NCBI GenBank assembly: GCA_965224465.1
Contig: OZ245049.1
Span: forward strand, 1,440,001-1,472,000
Reading direction: 5' to 3'
Length of the DNA stretch: 32,000 nt
Source of the DNA: Flavobacteriaceae bacterium
GTDB lineage: Bacteria > Bacteroidota > Bacteroidia > Flavobacteriales > Flavobacteriaceae
Part shown: positions 17,542 through 24,324 of the stretch, piece after piece
Position numbering within the stretch: the first letter of the stretch is position 1
How the letters are laid out: each line of letters opens with the position of its first letter
The notes under the pieces: model-generated
Told to the model about the DNA's origin: nothing
Seen by the model: the letters and a program-made list of their open reading frames with translations, nothing else
The model's database searches: none
Program-made: the position numbers and the translations under genes

Positions 17542-18126
17542 ATGAAACATAAACTTATCTGCTTATTATTTTTAGTCTCATCTAACCTTATAGTATCCCA
17601 GGTATCTGAAGATTTATTAGTTAACATCCACTCTGCTTCTAACTCTGTTATGAATACTCTAAGCCCAGACACTGGTTCAATGATATATAATACTGATTTA
17701 AAATCGGTATATATATATGATGGAACTCATTGGAAAAAGCTAAACAACAATCTTGAAACAACTTACGAAACAGTTGCTATAGGAAGAGGAAATCAAACGT
17801 TAACAGTTCGTGATGCTGATAAAATCGTCGGTTTCACCTTAATATCCAGTTATAACAGTTTATCTACAAATACAGGTAAAATGTCTGGGACTTGGATAAT
17901 TAATGAGAATCGCGACAAAATAAGATGTTATATACAAACACTAGAGCATCCATATATAAAATTCTTAGTAGTAACAGTACAAATTAAAAACGCGACAAAT
18001 ACAATAGAATTCAGTAATTACACTTCTCGATACTGGACAGTAACGATTCGCACCCCTCAAAACAACTTAAGTAATAACGGAACAAATTATCAATTAGGTA
18101 ATATAGTAATCATTAGAAAGGAATAA
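17542..18126 (+). CDS. Secreted hypothetical protein
   Basis: 194 aa with a signal peptide (MKHKLICLLFLVSSNLIVSQ). I recognise no family. Contains the motif GSMIYNTDLKSVYIYDGTHW. Confidence 0.55.
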   Translation: MKHKLICLLFLVSSNLIVSQVSEDLLVNIHSASNSVMNTLSPDTGSMIYNTDLKSVYIYDGTHWKKLNNNLETTYETVAIGRGNQTLTVRDADKIVGFTLISSYNSLSTNTGKMSGTWIINENRDKIRCYIQTLEHPYIKFLVVTVQIKNATNTIEFSNYTSRYWTVTIRTPQNNLSNNGTNYQLGNIVIIRKE

Positions 18127-18567
18127 AAAATATAAAACAAGGCTCTAGTTTAGCACTCACACCCTTTTTAAGACAGTATCATTTGAATATTGGCAATACC
18201 TAATTGAGCTTCACAATTCCAAAAAGATATATGAACATCCCAATATTTCTATGCATAGAGAACACGAATCAAAACACTCGATTTTATTAAAAAAACGAGT
18301 AAATACGTATAAATTAAGCTTCTCAACACATTAACTATAGATAAAAGTAAAACTACGATACCTTTAGATCCTGTATTTTAACATTTATTTTAGAATTCTC
18401 TATTTTTATCAAATTCATAAAATTGACAGCGTAAACAGGGGGATAAATAAGATTTACAACTAATTAAAGTTCATAAACACAGATTAAAGCGAAAACACAC
18501 TGATAATTAAGAACAGAATTAAAGAAAATAAAGCATGAAATTTGAAATGAATTCAAAAAAAGGGTGC

Positions 18568-18593
18568 TTGTAAACATTTAAAAGTTATATTTG
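18568..18593 (+). promoter_or_regulatory. Candidate cspA promoter: TTG (18568-18570) and TATATTTG (18586-18593)
   Basis: Perfect TAnnTTTG 29 nt upstream of the ATG, with a TTG 15 nt further upstream. Confidence 0.4.
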
Positions 18594-18622
18594 CATCATT
18601 AAAAAATATAAATACAATAATA

Positions 18623-18814
18623 ATGAGCACAGGAACAGTAAAATTCTTCAACGATTCAAAAGGATTCGGATTCATCACACCAGATAACGGAGACAAAGAC
18701 GTATTCGTACACATCAGCGCTTTAACTGATGAAATTACAGAAGGAGATAAAGTAAACTTCGAAGTAGAAGAAGGACGTAAAGGACCAAATGCGGTTAACG
18801 TAACGGTAATTTAA
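18623..18814 (+). CDS. cspA: Cold-shock protein (CspA family)
   Basis: 63 aa, [27 protein letters not shown] (RNP1/RNP2 motifs). Confidence 0.95.
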   Translation: MSTGTVKFFNDSKGFGFITPDNGDKDVFVHISALTDEITEGDKVNFEVEEGRKGPNAVNVTVI

Positions 18815-18833
18815 GTTTATTCTTAAAAGATAT

Positions 18834-18865
18834 AAGCCCTATCTACAATGATAGGGCTTTTTTTA
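18834..18865 (+). terminator. Rho-independent terminator of cspA
   Basis: Stem AAGCCCTATC (18834-18843) / GATAGGGCTT (18850-18859) followed by a T-run. Confidence 0.8.
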
Positions 18866-18907
18866 TGCCTAATTTTAACGGTTTTAAATATTGATAGGCA
18901 AACGAAT

Positions 18908-18995
18908 AACACCAATTACAATCCAAAATAATCGATATAAATAGTTTATTTTATTAAAACGAACCCGTTCTAGGATTTAGTTTACACCAATAGCT
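18908..18995 (+). repeat. MITE-like repeat (5' terminus, core, degenerate interior) followed by a second terminus fragment at 18983-18995
   Basis: TAACACCAATTACAATCCAAAATAATCGATATAAATAGTTTATTTTA...CGTTCTAGG, then TACACCAATAGC. Confidence 0.65.
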
Positions 18996-19010
18996 ACACA
19001 AAGGATTCAC

Positions 19011-20066
19011 CTACAAGAGTAATAGGGTACTTTTTCTATTAATTTTACCCGTAGGAGTTTCAATAAATTGCGGAATAACGTACACTTTTTTAGGGATTTC
19101 AAACTTACTTAATCGTTTAGAAGTTTTTATTTCAATCAATACATCACTTGCAACCTCCTCCACTAGTTTCTTTTTTGATTCTATCACTAAGACTACCTTA
19201 TTCCCTAATAAATCATCCGGTTCAGAAGCGATAAAAAAACGTTCAGAAATAAGTCCACTCAATTTTAACTCTAACTGTTCTGGAATCAATTTAATTCCTC
19301 CTGAATTAATCACAGAATCATATCTTCCTAGCCACTCAAACGTGTGGTCATCCAATAAATGTACAACATCATTTGTTACAATAACACGCTCCGACAACAA
19401 AGGGGCATGTATTTGCAAACAATCGCGACGGTCTAAAGAAAGCTTAATATTAGGCAGGGTTTTATAATACCTATCCTCAAGTCCATTCAATCGTTTGGCT
19501 GCAATATGCGTGATCGTTTCGGTCATCCCATAGGTTGAAAACACTTTTATAGGCAAGGTTTTTATTTTTTTTAGCAAGGTTTCCGGCACTACCCCTCCTC
19601 CAATAATTAATTGACCTATACGGTATAAATTTTCAAAACAATGATGAACTTGCAAAGGAATCATCGCCGCAAAATCATACTTTTTTTCTGTCAATTTCAG
19701 TGGATTTGATTGCACCTTTACAACATCCATATCCCAGCCCAAATACAGCGCTCTTACCAGCATCATTTTCCCTGCAATATAACCAACAGACATACACAAA
19801 AGCGCTGTAGTTCCTGCTTTTAAACTAAAGAATTCCCCTGTAGCGAATGCTGACTGAAGCATCGCACTTTTTTTAAGAAATATAATTTTCGGATCCCCAG
19901 TAGAGCCCGAAGTTTGAACTTTTAATTCCTCCGAATTATCAAACCATGCCTTTAAAAAAGAAGATACTTCTGGTAAATAATTTTCTGCATACTGTAACAA
20001 TTCCGAAGTATTATTGAACCTATTTCCATTCAATCTAAAGCTAGAATGTAATATTTCCTTAACCAT
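19011..20066 (-). CDS. menE: O-succinylbenzoate-CoA ligase-like AMP-binding enzyme (short Bacteroidota form)
   Basis: 351 aa with adenylate-forming motifs (TSGSTGDPK, YGMTET, SGGIKL). In an operon with menC. Confidence 0.75.
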   Translation of the reverse strand: MVKEILHSSFRLNGNRFNNTSELLQYAENYLPEVSSFLKAWFDNSEELKVQTSGSTGDPKIIFLKKSAMLQSAFATGEFFSLKAGTTALLCMSVGYIAGKMMLVRALYLGWDMDVVKVQSNPLKLTEKKYDFAAMIPLQVHHCFENLYRIGQLIIGGGVVPETLLKKIKTLPIKVFSTYGMTETITHIAAKRLNGLEDRYYKTLPNIKLSLDRRDCLQIHAPLLSERVIVTNDVVHLLDDHTFEWLGRYDSVINSGGIKLIPEQLELKLSGLISERFFIASEPDDLLGNKVVLVIESKKKLVEEVASDVLIEIKTSKRLSKFEIPKKVYVIPQFIETPTGKINRKSTLLLL

Positions 20067-21048
20067 CTATACCCGTACTTTTATTCTCTATTTCTAATGA
20101 TTCACTTACAAATGGATCAATTTCTAATGGTTCACTAATTTTACCTGTCAATTTTTCTTTCCAATTTCCCCAATCATATTTTTTAGAAAACACAACAAGT
20201 ACCAAAGGGTACAATACAAAAACAGGTAAGAACATACTCATTTCTACAGAAGGCTCAGAGATATCTACAAATAGAGCATCGGTTTGAAAAGCCGCCCAAT
20301 CCGTTGTTACAAATACAGCTGCCACTATATTATTTATAGCATGAAAACCCATGGATAGCTCCGTACCCTCGTCCATCAAAGTTATGATTCCCAACAAGAA
20401 ACCTGTACCTATATAGTACACCATCACAATCATTCCTAATTTCTCTACTTCTGGGTTCATCCCATGAAGCAAACCGAACATTACAGATGTCACTATTAAA
20501 GGAAACCACCTATTTTTTGCAAGTACACCAATTCCTTGCATCAAATAACCTCTAAATAATAATTCTTCCATGCTTGTTTGAAAAGGCAAAAACAAGACTG
20601 ATATAAGAACTAGTAAGGCAAATTTGATTGGTTTAAAATTCCAGACATGCATTTCTGGCGCCAACATTATCCCTATAGAAATAACCACTACAGAAATCCC
20701 TCCCCACAGCATAACTGCGAAGAAAAACCGAGACCAATCTATCTTTTTTCTTGAAGTAACCAGACTTCTTAAACTACGCTTATGGATACATTGAACACAT
20801 AAAATCAGCGTCACAATACCTGCCACAAACGACAAAATCATTAAAAACAAACTTAAATTAGCTCCTAATATACTTTGGAAGTTCCCTTTTGCAGCTGCTA
20901 AAAATTCATTGTTACTTTCTGCCATAAATTTAGCTGTAAAAAACAAAGGCAATGCCCCTATATTTACAGCAATAAACACAAGAAATAAGCCTAATATATA
21001 ATAGCCCCAATTATTCTCCCCATTAAACGCTTGTTGAATATAATTCAT
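20059..21048 (-). CDS. CPBP-family (CAAX / Abi) intramembrane metalloprotease
   Basis: 329 aa, polytopic, with the CPBP motifs EELLFRG, FGLLH and HAINN. Overlaps menE by 8 nt and lies 5 nt after menC. Confidence 0.85.
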   Translation of the reverse strand: MNYIQQAFNGENNWGYYILGLFLVFIAVNIGALPLFFTAKFMAESNNEFLAAAKGNFQSILGANLSLFLMILSFVAGIVTLILCVQCIHKRSLRSLVTSRKKIDWSRFFFAVMLWGGISVVVISIGIMLAPEMHVWNFKPIKFALLVLISVLFLPFQTSMEELLFRGYLMQGIGVLAKNRWFPLIVTSVMFGLLHGMNPEVEKLGMIVMVYYIGTGFLLGIITLMDEGTELSMGFHAINNIVAAVFVTTDWAAFQTDALFVDISEPSVEMSMFLPVFVLYPLVLVVFSKKYDWGNWKEKLTGKISEPLEIDPFVSESLEIENKSTGIDG

Positions 21049-21053
21049 AATTT

Positions 21054-22088
21054 TTAAAACTTAAAATTCCATTTATCTTTTGCTGAATATCCCAATGCAC
21101 CTTTAGAAACCTCCAATGGGCACGCTATATTATTACTATACAAAGCTCCAGTCCCCAAGCCTTGAGGCATCGAATTCCCCAATCCAAATGTCCATTGAGC
21201 TATCGCATTGAGCCCAACATTACTTTCCAAAGCAGATGTTACCCACCATTTAATATCTTGTTCTTCTGCCAAAGAAATCCATTGTTCACTCCCTTTAAAC
21301 CCACCAATCAAGGCTGGTTTTAAAATAATGTACTGTGCTTGTATTGTTTGTAGCAATTCACGCTTTTTTATTACAGAAAACACCCCAATCAATTCTTCGT
21401 CCAAGGCAATTGGCAGTGGTGTACGACTGCACAAGGAAGCCATCTCCTGCCATTGCCCTTGTTTAATGGGTTGCTCTATAGAATGCAAATCATAAGCTGC
21501 AAGTCTTTTTAATTTCTCCAATGCATTATCAGGAGAAAAAGCCCCATTGGCATCTACACGTAGTTCAATTTCTGTAGGATTAAATTCGGATCTAATATAA
21601 TGTAACAAGTCCAATTCCGCCTTAAAATCTATGGCTCCAATTTTTAATTTAATAGTTGTAAACCCTGCTTTTATTTTTTCTTTTATCTGCTGATACATAA
21701 AAGATTTACTCCCCATCCAGATCAAACCATTGATAGGAATAGTTTTTTTAGATGCCGTAAAATCGTTTTGAAACAACTCAAAAGGATGTTTACTTTCTAA
21801 TGATAAAAATGCTTGCTCTAAACCAAATTGAATGGAAGGAAATGCAGTTAACTCTTCCAATAAAACCTCTAAACCGACATAAATATGATCACAAGCCCAT
21901 TGCAATTTCTCTAAAAAAATTGGACAATCATCAATACTCAAGCCTTTAAACATATTGCATTCACCAACGCCTGTTTTCTGAGCATCCTTAATAACAATAA
22001 AATAAGTCTCTTTGGTATGTAACACTCCTCGAGAAGTTCCACTGGCACGTTTAAAATTTAAAGTATACGGTTTAAAATAAGCTTTCAT
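21054..22088 (-). CDS. menC: o-Succinylbenzoate synthase (enolase superfamily)
   Basis: Enolase-superfamily pattern (KLKIG, RVDANGAF, IEQP, ALDEEL). I prefer the Met at 22088 (MKAYFKPYTLNFK). The track ORF extends to 22115. Confidence 0.8.
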   Translation of the reverse strand: MKAYFKPYTLNFKRASGTSRGVLHTKETYFIVIKDAQKTGVGECNMFKGLSIDDCPIFLEKLQWACDHIYVGLEVLLEELTAFPSIQFGLEQAFLSLESKHPFELFQNDFTASKKTIPINGLIWMGSKSFMYQQIKEKIKAGFTTIKLKIGAIDFKAELDLLHYIRSEFNPTEIELRVDANGAFSPDNALEKLKRLAAYDLHSIEQPIKQGQWQEMASLCSRTPLPIALDEELIGVFSVIKKRELLQTIQAQYIILKPALIGGFKGSEQWISLAEEQDIKWWVTSALESNVGLNAIAQWTFGLGNSMPQGLGTGALYSNNIACPLEVSKGALGYSAKDKWNFKF

Positions 22089-22225
22089 AGAATCACATAT
22101 ACTGCAATAGTACAACTATTAAAAAAAAAATACTATTTTAGGAGGGAATTATACCAAAAACAGCACTGAACACTCGTTTTTAGACACGGTACACTATAAG
22201 GAACACGGCAGCTAACCAATACTTA

Positions 22226-22328
22226 TACCTACAATCCAAAATGACCGATATAAATAGTTTATTTTTTGTTCTAGCGTCGTTATAAAATAGAACGACAGCA
22301 AGGCTATCCTTAGGTTTTCCGCCTAGCT
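22226..22328 (+). repeat. MITE-like repeat, 5' terminus to mid-element, truncated where the next copy begins
   Basis: TACCTACAATCCAAAATGACCGATATAAATAGTTTATTTT...GCAAGGCTATCCTTAGGTTTTCCGCCTAGCT. Matches the full-length copy up to CTAGCT. Confidence 0.75.
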
Positions 22329-22332
22329 ATAA

Positions 22333-22374
22333 TACCAATTAAAATCCAAAACAACCGATATAAATAGTTTATTA
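22333..22374 (+). repeat. MITE-like repeat, 5' half (terminus plus core) abutting the previous copy and the downstream ATG
   Basis: TACCAATTAAAATCCAAAACAACCGATATAAATAGTTTATT. It ends 19 nt before the ATG at 22393. Confidence 0.7.
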
Positions 22375-22392
22375 GTTTTAAAAATTACTATT

Positions 22393-23295
22393 ATGCACAT
22401 ACCTGAAATACCAAATTTAATCTTATACGCCGTTCCTTTTTTCGTGGTTTCCGTACTAATAGAAGGGCTTATAATTTTCAAAAAAAGCCCTGAAAACTTC
22501 ATATTCAAAGACTCCATAACCTCTATTGTCATGGGATTCGGAAATTTACTTATAGGCATTATTTCAAACATACTGGCTGTTTTCATCATCAGCTATTTGT
22601 ATGAGAATTTTAGACTTACAGAAATCCCTTTTACTTGGTGGGCATGGATACTTATTTTATTTTCGGACGATATTTCTTATTATTGGTTTCATAGAATCTC
22701 ACATGAGTCACGTTTTTTCTGGGCCTCACATAGCATTCATCATTCTTCACAAAAATACAACCTAAGTACTGCTTTGAGACAAACTTGGACGGGCAATTTT
22801 TTTAGTTTTATTTTTTTCTTAGCGCTTCCTATTATTGGTTTTCATCCTTTGATGATTTTCACACAAATGTCTGTGAGTTTATTATACCAATATTGGATAC
22901 ACACCGAGCTGATAAACAAAATGCCTAAATGGTTTGAAGCAATCTTTAACACACCTTCACATCACCGTGTACATCATGGCATTAATCCAATATATTTAGA
23001 CAGAAACCATGCAGGTATTTTTATTATTTGGGACAAACTATTTGGCACTTTTCAAGCAGAACTTCCAAAAGAAAAAGCAATCTACGGATTGGTTACCAAT
23101 ATTAAAACTTACAATCCTATTCGTGTTGCATTTCACGAATGGTTTCTGTTATTCAAAGATGCATTTGGCAGTAAAACATCTGTATTAAACCGCGTAAAAT
23201 ATTTTATCAAACCTCCTGGATGGAAACATGATGGAACGAGTGTATTGTCCGATGATTTACGTAGAGAATGGTTAAAAAAGAACACAAAAACGTAA
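22393..23295 (+). CDS. Fatty acid hydroxylase / sterol desaturase-family membrane protein
   Basis: 300 aa with histidine boxes HRISHE, HSIHH and HHRVHH, and several TM segments. Confidence 0.85.
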   Translation: MHIPEIPNLILYAVPFFVVSVLIEGLIIFKKSPENFIFKDSITSIVMGFGNLLIGIISNILAVFIISYLYENFRLTEIPFTWWAWILILFSDDISYYWFHRISHESRFFWASHSIHHSSQKYNLSTALRQTWTGNFFSFIFFLALPIIGFHPLMIFTQMSVSLLYQYWIHTELINKMPKWFEAIFNTPSHHRVHHGINPIYLDRNHAGIFIIWDKLFGTFQAELPKEKAIYGLVTNIKTYNPIRVAFHEWFLLFKDAFGSKTSVLNRVKYFIKPPGWKHDGTSVLSDDLRREWLKKNTKT

Positions 23296-23298
23296 CCA

Positions 23299-23979
23299 TT
23301 ACACTTTCAAACTATCTCCAATAGGCAGTAAGTGTAATTCTTTATGATCTTTTGCAAATTGTTCTTGGGCTTTCTGGTGATTAATTTTAATATACCCAAA
23401 TGTATCGTAATGATACCCTAAAATGGTATTACATTCTAAGAAATCCGCAGCAATTACGGCTTCTTTTACTCCCATGGTAAAATTATCACCTATGGGTAAA
23501 ATTGCTAAGTCCAATGGGCCTACAAGTCGTGGAATTAATTTCATATCATACGTTAATGCGGTGTCTCCCGCAATAAATATACTGTGATGACTTGTCTCTA
23601 TAATAAACCCTCCTGGCTGCCCTCCATAGCTACCGTCGGGAAAAGAACTTGAATGGATTGCGTTTGTATAATGTACACGTCCAAAATCAAATTGCCAACT
23701 CCCTCCATGGTTCATAGGATGTCCTTTCAATCCTTTCTTTTCAAAATAATTAATAATTTCAAAATTAGAAATTAAGGTAGCACCAGAATTCTTGGCAATA
23801 ATTTCCACATCTAAAATATGGTCTTCATGCGCATGTGTAATTAAAATATAATCGGGCTTTAAACTATTCACATCTATATGTGATGCCAATTGATTCCCCG
23901 TAATAAAAGGATCTACTAAAATAATTTTATCCTTTGTTTCTATCAAAATAGAGGCATGCCCCAAGTATGTTATCTTCAT
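23299..23979 (-). CDS. Metallo-beta-lactamase-fold hydrolase (UPF0173-like)
   Basis: 226 aa, MKITYLGHASILIE...ITHAHEDH motif. Confidence 0.85.
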   Translation of the reverse strand: MKITYLGHASILIETKDKIILVDPFITGNQLASHIDVNSLKPDYILITHAHEDHILDVEIIAKNSGATLISNFEIINYFEKKGLKGHPMNHGGSWQFDFGRVHYTNAIHSSSFPDGSYGGQPGGFIIETSHHSIFIAGDTALTYDMKLIPRLVGPLDLAILPIGDNFTMGVKEAVIAADFLECNTILGYHYDTFGYIKINHQKAQEQFAKDHKELHLLPIGDSLKV

Positions 23980-24096
23980 ATATTTACAGTTCTAAACCAA
24001 TCCTATCTACGTTTTCAAATTCATAATTAATTATAAAATGACTGTCTAAAAATTCGTTTGACATAATTGACCCTTCTAAAATACAAAAAATTACAT

Positions 24097-24129
24097 AAAA
24101 AAGCCACGGAAATCCCTAATTTCCGTGGC
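24097..24129 (-). terminator. Rho-independent terminator of the TonB-dependent receptor gene
   Basis: Stem GCCACGGAAAT (24103-24113) / ATTTCCGTGGC (24119-24129), with a T-run on the minus strand (A-run 24097-24102). Confidence 0.7.
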
Positions 24130-24156
24130 CAAACAAACAATTTCTTAAATACTTAT

Positions 24157-24317
24157 TACACCAAATACATTTCCAAGTGACGTTTTAAAAATGGAATTAT
24201 TTTTTATTTAAGCTAGATGGAAAATCTTAGGATAGCCTTAGCTATCATTCTGTTTTTCAATAACGCTAGAACGTAAAATAAACTATTTATATCTGTCATT
24301 TTGGATTTTAATTGGTA
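24157..24317 (-). repeat. MITE-like repeat, full-length copy (161 bp)
   Basis: Termini TACACCAAATACATTTCCAAGTGAC ... GTCATTTTGGATTTTAATTGGTA (about 26 nt imperfect inverted repeat), hairpin CTTAGGATAGCCTTAG, core CTATTTATATCTG. Confidence 0.8.
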
Positions 24318-24324
24318 TTAGTTA

